From Planctomycetota bacterium (GTDB lineage: Bacteria > Planctomycetota > UBA1135 > UBA2386), in contig JAWKUN010000003.1 of the NCBI GenBank assembly GCA_041398565.1, positions 848,529-912,528 on the forward strand: 64,000 bases of DNA, written 5' to 3'. Each line of letters starts with the position of its first letter. Positions within the stretch are counted from its first letter, which is position 1. This document shows, piece after piece, positions 46,503-55,599 of the stretch. Made by a program: the position numbers and the translations under genes. The notes under the pieces are model-generated. The model was not told the origin of the DNA, searched no databases, and saw only the letters and a list, made by a program, of their open reading frames with translations.

Positions 46503-49115
46503 CTAACGCAGCGCGCGCGCCGCGCGCACACCGAGGTTGCCCGAGCGTGTTGCCGGATCGTCTTGACGTCGCAGCGCCGCGCGCGCGTGCATCGGCGCGT
46601 GGTCGAATGCACCGCCACGCAGCACCTTCTGGCCGTCGCCGTCGTCGCGGAGGCCGTCGCCTTCGCCGCAGGGATGTCGATAGCTCGCGTAGGTGTCGCG
46701 GCACCACTCCCACACGTTGCCGGCGGTTCCGTACAGACCGAACGCGTTGGGCTCCAGTGCGTCGACCTCGGCGTGCCAGACGTAGCCATCGGAGAAGTGC
46801 TCGCGCGCGGTCGCGGCCAGCGTCTCGAGCGCCACCAGCTCGAACCACTCGGCCCCGGCGGCGAGGGCCGTCTCGTCGGCGACGTTGGCGCCCGCCACCA
46901 GCGCGGCCACGTCCGTGCCCGTCCACCACGGCGTGTGGGTGCCGCCGCGCGCCCCGTACTCCCATTGGGCCTCGGTGGGCATGGTCAACCCGGCCTGGGT
47001 GAGCACGCGCGAGCAGGCGTTCCACGAGACCATCTCCACCGGGTGTGCCAGGCTGAGTCTCACCTTGAAGTTGGAGCCAGGCCGTGCCTCGGCCGGGTTG
47101 CCACCGCCGGTGAGGCGCATCCACTGCCCCTGGGTGAGCTCGTGCTCGGCGAGGAAGAACGGCGCCAGCGTCACGTCATGTGGCGGGCTCTCGCTGATGC
47201 GCGCCATGGGGTCGTAGTTCGGGGCATCCTCGGACTTGCTCTGCGCGCCCATGACGAACGTGCCTCCGGGCAGCAACGCGAACACGATGCAGGTGTCGTC
47301 GTCGACGAAGAAGTGGCCGGTGGGGCCGCGCTCGGGCATCGACCCGGAGCGCGGGTGACCGAACTCCCACAGTCCGTTGGCCGGGTTGGGCCCGAGCGGG
47401 ACCAGGCCTTCCTGCACGGCGAGCTGCATGCCGCCGTAGAGGGGGCTCGCGGCGATGGCGGCGACGGCATCGCGCCACGCGTCGGCGGCGGCGGCCGTCG
47501 CCGCCCGCTCGCGCTCGAGCTGATCCAGGTTGCGGCGGACACGGGTGATGGCGCCTCCGGGTTGCGTCAGCGCGTCGGCTTGCCCCACGACGCTGCGCAG
47601 GGTCTCGAACAGGAAGCGACGCGCCGGGTCGGCCGGCGGGGTGGGGCCCTCGGGCCCGGCGGTCCCCAAGCGCGCCAGCGCCGGGCGCACGGCTTCGACC
47701 TCGGCGCGCAGGTCGTCGGCGCGCTGCAGCCAGACCCGCAGGGCCGGGCCGTACTCGGGCCACGCGCGGTAGATCGGCGCCTCGGCGGCTTGCAGTTCGT
47801 CCAGCCGCCGCACGAAGGACACCAGCTCGAAGTCCTTGCGCGTCTCCTCACCATTCACGTACAGGAGCGAGATCACCACCAGCGCCGCGGCCACGAGCGC
47901 CATGACCGCCACCACGTACGGGTTGCGTTGCACCCAGCGGCGGGTGCGCAGTAGGCGTCCGGCGCGCCGGGCCAGCACCGGCTCGCGCGCACGCACCCGT
48001 CGCAGGTCGTCGGCCAGGTCGGCCGCCGTGCGGTAGCGCCGGTCGAGGTCCTTCTCCAGCGCCTTCTCCAGCACGACGTCGAGGTCGGGTGGCAGGGCGC
48101 GGTTGCTGCGGCTCGCCGGCGGTGCGGTCTGCTTGGCGATGGCGTCGAGCAGCTCGCGCATCGACTGGCCGCCGAACGGGCGCACGCCGGTGGCCGCTTC
48201 GTACATGGTGACTCCGAGCGCGTACACGTCGGCCCGGTGGTCGACGCCGCGCGCGTTCGGCGTCACTTGCTCGGGCGCCATGTAGAGCGGTGTGCCGGCC
48301 AGCTCCCCGGTCATCGTCAAGCCGAGGTCGTCGTCGGCTGCGAGCGCCATCCCGAAGTCGAGCACGATCGGGTTGCCGTCGGGCTCGATCAGGATGTTGG
48401 CCGGCTTGACGTCGCGGTGGACGACTCCCTGCGCGTGGGCGAAGTGCAACGCCCTCGCCACCGTCTCGATCGTTTCCAGCAGCGCGTCCACCGCTGCGCG
48501 CGAAGTGGTCGCCGACGCCGGCGGCTCGCGTGCGATGCGGGCGGCCAGGGTCTCGCCGTCGAGGAAGCGCATCGCCATGAACGGCATGCCGCCTTCTTCG
48601 CCGACCTCGTACACCGGACAGATGTTGGGGTGCTCGAGGCGCGCGGCCAGCTTGGCCTCGCGCCAGAAGCGCTCGAGGGCCGCCGGCGAGCCGAGGCGCT
48701 CGGGACGGATCAGCTTGAGCGCGGCCTTGCGGCGCAGGCGCACGTCCTCGGCCAGGAACACCACGCCCATGCCGCCCTGGCCCAGCAACCGCTCGACCCG
48801 GTAGCCGCCGATGGCCTGACCGTCGCCGGGCAAGCCGCGCCACGCCGTGCCAGGGCTCGGCCCGTCGGCGCGCGTCGCGGCCGCATGCTCCTCGGTCGCC
48901 AGCAGGTCGCGCAGGATGTCGGCGACGTCCGGATGGGCCGCCACGAAGTCCTCCGGCGGCGGCGCCGCGCCCTGCTGCCGGGCGGCTCGGTAGCGCTCGA
49001 CCAGCGCCAAGGCGCGGGCGTAGGCCTCGAAGGACGACATCGAGGCGATCTTAGGCGCGCCGGCGCCGGCCAGCGCGTCGGAGACGAGCTGCGCGGACGC
49101 CGATCCGGTCGGCAC
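46503..49115 (-). CDS. Ser/Thr protein kinase - single TM - extracytoplasmic FGE/sulfatase-modifying-factor-like domain
   Basis: The kinase motifs are GQGGMGVVFLA, ALK, HRDVKPANIL, DFG and APE. The TM segment is VVAVMALVAAALVVISLLYV. The C-terminal part VSWNA...WEYGARGG...GNVWEWCRD...RGGAF is an FGE-like domain. The start could be 49040 instead of 49115. Confidence 0.85.
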   Translation of the reverse strand: MPTGSASAQLVSDALAGAGAPKIASMSSFEAYARALALVERYRAARQQGAAPPPEDFVAAHPDVADILRDLLATEEHAAATRADGPSPGTAWRGLPGDGQAIGGYRVERLLGQGGMGVVFLAEDVRLRRKAALKLIRPERLGSPAALERFWREAKLAARLEHPNICPVYEVGEEGGMPFMAMRFLDGETLAARIAREPPASATTSRAAVDALLETIETVARALHFAHAQGVVHRDVKPANILIEPDGNPIVLDFGMALAADDDLGLTMTGELAGTPLYMAPEQVTPNARGVDHRADVYALGVTMYEAATGVRPFGGQSMRELLDAIAKQTAPPASRSNRALPPDLDVVLEKALEKDLDRRYRTAADLADDLRRVRAREPVLARRAGRLLRTRRWVQRNPYVVAVMALVAAALVVISLLYVNGEETRKDFELVSFVRRLDELQAAEAPIYRAWPEYGPALRVWLQRADDLRAEVEAVRPALARLGTAGPEGPTPPADPARRFLFETLRSVVGQADALTQPGGAITRVRRNLDQLERERAATAAAADAWRDAVAAIAASPLYGGMQLAVQEGLVPLGPNPANGLWEFGHPRSGSMPERGPTGHFFVDDDTCIVFALLPGGTFVMGAQSKSEDAPNYDPMARISESPPHDVTLAPFFLAEHELTQGQWMRLTGGGNPAEARPGSNFKVRLSLAHPVEMVSWNACSRVLTQAGLTMPTEAQWEYGARGGTHTPWWTGTDVAALVAGANVADETALAAGAEWFELVALETLAATAREHFSDGYVWHAEVDALEPNAFGLYGTAGNVWEWCRDTYASYRHPCGEGDGLRDDGDGQKVLRGGAFDHAPMHARAALRRQDDPATRSGNLGVRAARALR

Positions 49116-49180
49116 CTTCTCCCTTGCGCCGAGGCGTCGTCGGCCCGATCATCCGGCGCCCAGCACCGCCACCACCCGCC

Positions 49181-49414
49181 ATGTGGTTTGCCATCAAGCT
49201 CGTCCTCTGGATCCTCTTCCTCGGGTCTTCCATCCTGCTCGCCACCGTCGTGCTCTTGCAAGAGAGCAAGGGCGGCGGCTTGGCTGAGGCGTTCGGCGGC
49301 GTCGGAGCCGAGACGTTCGGCGTCAAGACGCGAGGCATCAACAAGTTCACCTTCACTCTGGCGGGGATCTTCGTCGGCTCGGCGCTGGCGCTGCACATGC
49401 TGTGGAATGCGTGA
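49181..49414 (+). CDS. secG: preprotein translocase subunit SecG
   Basis: MWFAIKLVLWILFLGSSILLATVVLLQESKGGGL...FTLAGIFVGSALAL shows two TM segments with the conserved central Q..KGGG motif. Confidence 0.8.
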   Translation: MWFAIKLVLWILFLGSSILLATVVLLQESKGGGLAEAFGGVGAETFGVKTRGINKFTFTLAGIFVGSALALHMLWNA

Positions 49415-50307
49415 GCCCCGTCGTCAGCATGACTGGGGTCGGGTCGGCCAGCGGTGACACCGCGCTGGGCCGCACCGTGGTGGAGCTGCGAGCCGTCAAC
49501 GGGCGCAGCCTGGTCGTCAAGCACCGGCTGACGGCGGGCGCCGCCGGGCTCGACCTGGCGCTGGAGCGCGCCATCGCCGCGCGCGTGCGGCGCGGTTCGG
49601 TGATCTGCACCCTCGAGGCGGTTCCCACCGAGCAGACCCGGCGCAGCGTCGTCGATCGCGCGGCCCTGCGTGCGGCGGTGCAGGACCTGCGCGCCGCCGC
49701 GGCGGAGGTGGGCCTGCAGGGCGATGTGCGTCTGGCCGACGCGCTGGCTCTGCCGGGTGTCGTGCTCGGACCCAACATCGACGGCACGCGCCTGGCCCGC
49801 GACCTGCCGGCCGACGTCGCCGACCTTCTCGAGCGGGCGCTGGCGGCGCTCGTGCGCGAACGCCAGCGCGAGGGCGAAGCGACCGCGCGTGTCGTCGGCG
49901 ACCTCTTGGCCGAGCTGGGCCGCGCGCGCGTGAGGGTGGCGGCGCGCGCGCCGCGGGCTCTGGCCGACTACCGCGGCCGCCTGCTCGCGCGGGTCAACGA
50001 GGTGCTGGCCGGGCAGACCAAAACGCCGCTCGAGCCGAGCGACGTGATCCGCGAGGTGGCGATGTACGCGGAGCGCACCGACGTCACCGAGGAGCTGCAG
50101 CGCATCGACGCCCACCTCGACCGCGCCCTGGAGCTCCTGCGCCAGGGCGGTGAGGTGGGTCGTGCCCTCGAGTTCCTGATGCAGGAGCTCCTGCGCGAGG
50201 TCAACACCGTCGGCAGCAAGGCGCAGGACGTGGAGATCGCGCACGACGTCGTGGCGATGAAGGCAAACATCGACAGGCTGCGCGAGTTGGTGGCGAATCT
50301 TGAGTAG
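49411..50307 (+). CDS. yicC: YicC-family stress-induced protein
   Basis: The N-terminus contains SMTGVG. The C-terminus RSDVTEELQRIDAHL...GRALEFLMQELLREVNTVGSKA is the DUF1732 signature. The GTG at 49411 overlaps the secG TGA as GTGA. Confidence 0.85.
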   Translation: MSPVVSMTGVGSASGDTALGRTVVELRAVNGRSLVVKHRLTAGAAGLDLALERAIAARVRRGSVICTLEAVPTEQTRRSVVDRAALRAAVQDLRAAAAEVGLQGDVRLADALALPGVVLGPNIDGTRLARDLPADVADLLERALAALVRERQREGEATARVVGDLLAELGRARVRVAARAPRALADYRGRLLARVNEVLAGQTKTPLEPSDVIREVAMYAERTDVTEELQRIDAHLDRALELLRQGGEVGRALEFLMQELLREVNTVGSKAQDVEIAHDVVAMKANIDRLRELVANLE

Positions 50308-50863
50308 GTGCGAAGCCAGCCGCGGGTGCATGGTGGTGATCTCGGGTCCGTCGGGCTCGGGCAAGACCAGCGTGGTGAAGGCGCTCAAGGCGGAGCCGCG
50401 CGTCGAGTTCTCGGTGTCGGCGACGACGCGCAAGATCAGGCCGGGCGAGCGCGATGGCGTCGACTACCACTTCCTGGCGCGCGAGGACTTCGAACGGAGG
50501 ATCGCCACCGGAGAGTTCCTGGAGTGGGCGGAGTACAACGGCCGCTTCTACGGCACGCTGCGTGCGCCCATGCGGGCCGCCATCGACGCCGGCCGCGTGT
50601 TCTTGCTGGAGATCGAGGTCAAGGGCACGCGCCAGCTGCGCCAAGCCGGCGAGCCTGGCCTCTACATCTTCCTGGCGCCGCCGAGCCTCGATGAGCTGCG
50701 GCGGCGTTTGGTGGCGCGCGGCACCGACTCCGCCGACGAGATCGAGCGGCGCGTGAGCATCGCCGAGGAGGAGATGCGGCACGGCGAGCTCTACGACCAC
50801 ATTCTGGTCAACGTCGATCTGGACGCGACCATCGCGCGCGTGCGCGCGCTGATCGGGCTGTGA
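50300..50863 (+). CDS. gmk: guanylate kinase
   Basis: The P-loop is SGPSGSGKTS, followed by SATTRKIRPGERDGVDYHF and EWAEYNGRFYGT. The start is TTG at 50300 or ATG at 50330. Confidence 0.9.
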   Translation: MSRCEASRGCMVVISGPSGSGKTSVVKALKAEPRVEFSVSATTRKIRPGERDGVDYHFLAREDFERRIATGEFLEWAEYNGRFYGTLRAPMRAAIDAGRVFLLEIEVKGTRQLRQAGEPGLYIFLAPPSLDELRRRLVARGTDSADEIERRVSIAEEEMRHGELYDHILVNVDLDATIARVRALIGL

Positions 50864-51387
50864 AGGGCAGGCGCGTCTTGGTCGGGGTCGGCGGCGGCAT
50901 CGCCGCCTTCAAGGTGGCGGCGCTGGTGAGCCGTTTGGTGCAGCGCGGCGCCGAAGTGCGCGTGGCGATGACGCGCGCGGCCACCGAGTTCGTCGGTCCG
51001 CTCACCTTTGCCGGTCTCAGCGGCCAACCGCCGATCCTGCGTGCGACTCAGATCGACCCGGACGGTAGCGTCCCGCACATCGCTGCGGCGCGTGCGGCGG
51101 ACGTGTTCGTGATCGCGCCAGCGACAGCGGACCTCTTGGCCAAGCTCGCCGCCGGCGTCGCCGACGACCCGGTGTGTCTCCTGGCGTTGACGTTCGGCGG
51201 CCGCAAGCTGCTGTGCCCGGCGATGAACGACGCCATGTGGTGCAGCGAGCCGGTCCAGCGCGCCGTCGACCATCTGCGGCGCCGCGGTTTCGAGGTCCTG
51301 GGGCCGGTGGTGGGACACCTCGCGGAGGGCTACGACGCCGTCGGCCGCATGGTCGAGCCGGACACGATCCTCGAGGCACTGTCGTGA
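50860..51387 (+). CDS. coaC: phosphopantothenoylcysteine decarboxylase (stand-alone flavoprotein CoaC domain)
   Basis: VLVGVGGGIAAFKV, VIAPATADLLAKLAAGVADD and CPAMNDAMW. It is only 175 aa, and no CoaB domain follows. It overlaps gmk as GTGA. Confidence 0.8.
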   Translation: MKGRRVLVGVGGGIAAFKVAALVSRLVQRGAEVRVAMTRAATEFVGPLTFAGLSGQPPILRATQIDPDGSVPHIAAARAADVFVIAPATADLLAKLAAGVADDPVCLLALTFGGRKLLCPAMNDAMWCSEPVQRAVDHLRRRGFEVLGPVVGHLAEGYDAVGRMVEPDTILEALS

Positions 51388-52211
51388 CGCTGCGTCGCTT
51401 CGCCTTGCGCGGCGCGGCGGCGGACATGGCGCGCGCGCTCGACTTCCTGCACGTGCACGCCGACGTGCGCGGCGTCGAGGAGCGCGAAGGCGAGTGCGAG
51501 GTGTGGATCGAAGGCTGCCTGCCGGCGTCGGCGGCGTCCCTGTCGCCGTCCGGACTGGCGCTCGACGAGCTGGAAGTCGACGCGTCGATGTTCGCGCACA
51601 CCGGGCTCGAGCGAGATGCGCCGGTCCTGGTGGCGCCCGACCTGTGCGTGCGGCCGCCCTGGGTGGCGCCGCCGCGCGGCTTCGCCGGCATCGACCTCGT
51701 CGTGCCGCGTGGCTCGGCCTTCGGCAGCGGTGAGCACGCGAGCACGCAGGCGACCCTGCAAGCGCTGCACGCATGCTGGCCGACGGAAGAGGTCGGGACC
51801 TGCGTCGACGTCGGCACCGGGTCGGGGATCCTGGCGCTCTACGCGCGCGCGCGCGGCGCGCGCCGTCTCGTCGCCTGCGACGTCGATCCCGGCGCTGCCG
51901 CAGCGGCGGCGGCGCTGGTCGCCGACGCCTGGGTGTTCGCCGGTGAGGCGGCCGCGCTCGACGAGCGTGCGGCCGTGGTGGTCGCCAACATGACGGCCGG
52001 CGAGCTGGCGGGATCGTTGCCCGCCATCGCGGCCCTGTGGGACGGCCGCGGCTTGCTCGTGCTGGGTGGTCTTCGCGGCGCCGAGGAGGTGGACGAATGC
52101 GAGGGCGCGTGCGTCCGGCTGGGCCTGACCGTCGGGGCGCGCCGGTTCGTGCGGGAGGCGTTCGCAGCGCTCGCCTACGCCGGTGGCAGCGGTCGACCCT
52201 GCGTCAGGTAG
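51384..52211 (+). CDS. prmA: ribosomal protein L11 methyltransferase
   Basis: RPPWV...IDLVVPRGSAFGSGEHASTQATLQAL...VDVGTGSGILALYA...ACDVDPGA. It overlaps coaC as GTGA. Confidence 0.75.
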   Translation: MTLRRFALRGAAADMARALDFLHVHADVRGVEEREGECEVWIEGCLPASAASLSPSGLALDELEVDASMFAHTGLERDAPVLVAPDLCVRPPWVAPPRGFAGIDLVVPRGSAFGSGEHASTQATLQALHACWPTEEVGTCVDVGTGSGILALYARARGARRLVACDVDPGAAAAAAALVADAWVFAGEAAALDERAAVVVANMTAGELAGSLPAIAALWDGRGLLVLGGLRGAEEVDECEGACVRLGLTVGARRFVREAFAALAYAGGSGRPCVR

Positions 52212-52912
52212 ACGTCGAACCGCAGTGCCCGTCCGGCGACGGTGAAGTCCACCGGCTCGCGCAGAGCGGCGGCGTGGCGTGGTCGCTTGACGACGACGCG
52301 GCGCGCCGTCCGCCATGCAACAGCGAACAGGGCGTCGAGGTCCGGCTCGCGCGGGACCAGGATCCGTAGGACCTCGGCTTCCTTCTTGACGCGGGCGCTC
52401 TTGCTGCGCGCCGGGAACATCGGATCCAGGCAGACGGCGTGCACGCTGTGCGCGGGTCGCGTCGCGAGGGCGTCGATGGCGTCGGCTTCGTGCAGCTCGA
52501 TCGGGGCCGTGGTGGCCAGCGCGTCGCGCAACAGGAAGGCCAAGACGGGGTGGCGCTCGTACGCCTGCACGCGGTAGCCGAGCGCGGCCAGCTCGAGCGC
52601 GTCGCGGCCGAGACCGCACGTCGCGTCGACGACGAGGTCCTCGCGCGCGCCACCCACTGCGCGCGCCAGCAGGCTGCTGTGGCGCCCGACCGATGCGCGG
52701 GGCGCCAGCATCGCCGCCCGCACGATGGACATACCGCCCGGTAGGCGCGCGTTCAGGAGGAGGCCTCGATCGTCGCGGCGCAATACCAGGTCGACCGACG
52801 CCTCCGCTCGGGACGCGACCAGCCGCGCCAGGCCGCATCGCACGGCCAGCTGCTCGAGGTCGAGGTCGCGGGCGGGGTCGCGAATCTCGACGGCGATCCT
52901 CTCGCCGGTCAC
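52175..52912 (-). CDS. rsmJ: 16S rRNA (guanine1516-N2)-methyltransferase RsmJ-like SAM methyltransferase
   Basis: VVDATCGLGRDALELAALG is the SAM motif, followed by VCLDPMFPARSKSARVKKEAEVL. Its 3' end overlaps the prmA 3' end by 37 bp. Confidence 0.7.
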   Translation of the reverse strand: MTGERIAVEIRDPARDLDLEQLAVRCGLARLVASRAEASVDLVLRRDDRGLLLNARLPGGMSIVRAAMLAPRASVGRHSSLLARAVGGAREDLVVDATCGLGRDALELAALGYRVQAYERHPVLAFLLRDALATTAPIELHEADAIDALATRPAHSVHAVCLDPMFPARSKSARVKKEAEVLRILVPREPDLDALFAVAWRTARRVVVKRPRHAAALREPVDFTVAGRALRFDVYLTQGRPLPPA

Positions 52913-53291
52913 GACGTCCGCCTCGCGTCACGGGTGCGTCGGCCCGACGCGGACCCCGGTCGAGCGGGGGGTTGTTCGCGTTCGCTGGGCCGTGGCCGAG
53001 GGGGGTATCCGGCGCGGCCGTTCCGTTGGCACCGGGCCGAACCAGGCGGGATGCAAGGCTGGCCACGGCCCGACCCGACCCGGGCGAACTCGGTCAGACC
53101 CCGGGCGCGGTGCGCATGGCTCCACCGCATCTGGGTTGCTCGCGGGCGCACGTGCATGGGGGGCATTTTCACTCCGGCGGACGGCGGAATCCGGGGCGCA
53201 GTGCTAGACTTCGGGAGTTCCCTCCTGTCAACCGCCGCGGGACGCATTGCGCTGCTGCGAACCCGCTGACCTACATCCCGGACCAGCCACC

Positions 53292-53873
53292 ATGCGGCGA
53301 CTGCATCTCAAGCTCTTCTATCTGCGCACTCGTTTCAAACGCGAACCCCAGGGCGTGACCGCCCGAACGTTGGGTGTGCGACCCGCCACCATGTCGCACC
53401 TCGAACAGGGGCGTTCGCTGCCGACGTTGCCGATGTTGCTCGCCCTGTGCAAGCACTACGACGTGACGCCGACCTACCTCTTGGACGACGAGCGACCGAT
53501 CGAGCCGCAGGCTCGTGATCGCTGGACCGAACGCGGCGCGCTGATCTGCCGGGGAGACTGGCTCGAGTGTCCCGACGGTTCGGCGATCAAAACGGCGGAC
53601 GGAATGTGGCTCGCACCGGTCATGGCCGGCGCGCGCTTCTACGACTCGACCGCGCAAGCGCAACGCATGCTGTGCCACAGCAAGCAGGAAGCCGTCGCAC
53701 TGGAGCGGACTCTGGTGCAGGCGGAGTCGAACCGCGACCGCGAGCTCGAGCAGATGCTGAGCAACGAACTGCTCGGCCAACGCAAGCCACGCACCAAGTC
53801 GGTGCGCAAGGTCGTCAAGCCGCTGAACCCTCCGCTGCGACGCCACGGCGAAGAAGTTCCGGCCGAGGCCTAG
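53292..53873 (+). CDS. XRE-family helix-turn-helix transcriptional regulator with an uncharacterised C-terminal domain
   Basis: VTARTLGVRPATMSHLEQGRSLPTLPMLLALCKHYDVTPTYLL is a Cro/C1-type HTH. The ATG is at 53292. Confidence 0.65.
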   Translation: MRRLHLKLFYLRTRFKREPQGVTARTLGVRPATMSHLEQGRSLPTLPMLLALCKHYDVTPTYLLDDERPIEPQARDRWTERGALICRGDWLECPDGSAIKTADGMWLAPVMAGARFYDSTAQAQRMLCHSKQEAVALERTLVQAESNRDRELEQMLSNELLGQRKPRTKSVRKVVKPLNPPLRRHGEEVPAEA

Positions 53874-53886
53874 GAGCACCGGACGA

Positions 53887-55233
53887 TCAGCGCGCCGCGG
53901 CCAACGGCCAGGCTGGCCCCGGGTGGTAGGCGATTGGATTGCCACCACGCGCCCCAGCCAGGTGCTCCAGGCGGAGCATGATGCCGTTGAGGCCGTTGCG
54001 GTCAGGACGCTGCGCCGAACACCAGACGTGGTCGCGCTTCAGGATCCGCGTGAGGAACCGTTCGCGGAGCGACGGCCGGTCGTGCTCGAGAGCGTCGACC
54101 AGAGCCGGGTTCAGCTCTTCGAGCTTGGCCAGGCGCGCGACTCCGGGCACGCCGTAGGGAGCGCGGCCGAGGTGGACGACCGGGGTTCCCTGCAAGAGGG
54201 CCCCACCGGCCAGAGGATGGTTGATGGTCAGGGCGGCGAGGGCACCGGCCAGGATCGTCGGCGCCGCTTCCTCGGGCTCGATGCGGAAGCCGTGCTCGGC
54301 CAAGGCGCGGCGCTGACGCACGTCGGCGGCCACGCCAACGACGTGCGCGGACGGTGAACAGCGAGACAGCGCGTCGCGCGCGGCCCGCAGCACGGTGAGC
54401 GCGTCGAGGCCGGGTGGGGCATCGAGGCGCACCCGCGCGCTGTTGTCTGGCTGGAGCAGAACCGCGAGGTACAGAGTCGGCAGCGGCAAGGGTGCGCGCA
54501 CCGGGACCGAGGGCAGCGGCAGCGCTGCGCGCCACGCGTGCCAGGCCGATGCACCCGCGCGTGCGCCGTCACACCAAGCCGTCCGCAGCGCGGCGGTCAG
54601 GCGGCTGGCGGCGGAGGGCGCCATGGGCGTGCGGCGCAGGGATGCGGGTGCCAGCGACGACCCGAACCACGATGAAAGGGTCGCCTGCAGGAAGGGGCGG
54701 TCGCCGCGGGCGCTGCGGTAGTCGCCAGCGGATCGGCGGCACAGCGACGCGTCGCCGTCGCAACCGTCGCCGTCGCAGGCGAGGGTGGCCGGCAGCAGCC
54801 CCTGGCCGAGGTGCAGCACGCCGACCCCGGCGCGGCGGGCCACGAAGTGCACGAGTCGGTGCAGGCCGCTGCGTCCGTCGTGCACCAGGACGGCGTCGGG
54901 GGGATCGCGCTCCAGGGTCTGCAACACGCCCGGCGCGAGGTGGCGCAGGCGGCGCAGAGCGCGCAGCCAAGCGCGCTCGTGATCGGTCGGGCGGCCAGCG
55001 AGGGCGCAGTCGATCTCCGCCAGTTCCCGCAGCGGCAGCGCGGGGTCATCGGCCAGGCGGGCGATGCGGCGCAGCGGCCGCACCGTGAAGCCCTGCGCCG
55101 CCCAGAACGCTTGCTCTTCGGGCGCTTCGGCGAGCACGCTCACACGGTGGCCTCGTCGCATGGCCAGCTCGGCCAGGCGGTCGTGCAGGTGGAAGCTGCC
55201 GAGGCTGGGGGCGACGAAGAGGACGTGCGGCAT
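53887..55233 (-). CDS. capsule-polysaccharide-biosynthesis (KpsS/KpsC/LpsZ-like) family protein, tentative
   Basis: MPHVLFVAPSLGSFHLHDRLAELAMRRGHRVSVL is a GT-B-like N-terminus. LYLAVLLQPDNSARV resembles the PLQ..D motif of Capsule_synth proteins. This assignment is from recollection of the family and was not searched. Confidence 0.45.
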   Translation of the reverse strand: MPHVLFVAPSLGSFHLHDRLAELAMRRGHRVSVLAEAPEEQAFWAAQGFTVRPLRRIARLADDPALPLRELAEIDCALAGRPTDHERAWLRALRRLRHLAPGVLQTLERDPPDAVLVHDGRSGLHRLVHFVARRAGVGVLHLGQGLLPATLACDGDGCDGDASLCRRSAGDYRSARGDRPFLQATLSSWFGSSLAPASLRRTPMAPSAASRLTAALRTAWCDGARAGASAWHAWRAALPLPSVPVRAPLPLPTLYLAVLLQPDNSARVRLDAPPGLDALTVLRAARDALSRCSPSAHVVGVAADVRQRRALAEHGFRIEPEEAAPTILAGALAALTINHPLAGGALLQGTPVVHLGRAPYGVPGVARLAKLEELNPALVDALEHDRPSLRERFLTRILKRDHVWCSAQRPDRNGLNGIMLRLEHLAGARGGNPIAYHPGPAWPLAAAR

Positions 55234-55599
55234 GCGCCGGAGAGACGACTCGCCGGGTCGGGCACACGCGCACCGGAGCGCGGCCCATCGGCATGTTCCT
55301 TGATCGGCCAACCTCTCCCCGCGGGTGTTGCCGGAAGGCGATCGGGCGTGGCGAGGGGCCGACCACGGACCCCGAGGTCCGGTGTCTCCGTGCTGGACGG
55401 ACCTCGCGGCCGCGCACCGCGCGGCCACAGCGGCCGAGCCCGTTCGAGCCATGCCGCGCCAGAGTGCGCCTCGTCTCTGTGCGATCCAGCAAGCAGCAGG
55501 ATCGAAGCAGGTGGCGCGAAGCGCCGACTGCAACCAAGTCTCCGGTTGCGGCTCCGGCGATCACGCATCCTCGACGAAGGGGCAGTAGCATGCTCCCCG

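Noticed and set aside
52913-53291. The 379-bp rsmJ/XRE spacer was examined for a structured RNA gene. CTCCACC at 53120-53126 resembles a tmRNA/tRNA 3' end. RNase P and SRP cores were also sought.
   Set aside because: No GGTTCGA-type T-arm precedes CTCCACC. There is no RNase P P4 (AGGAAAGUCCGG) and no SRP (GGAAGCAGCC-like) core on either strand.
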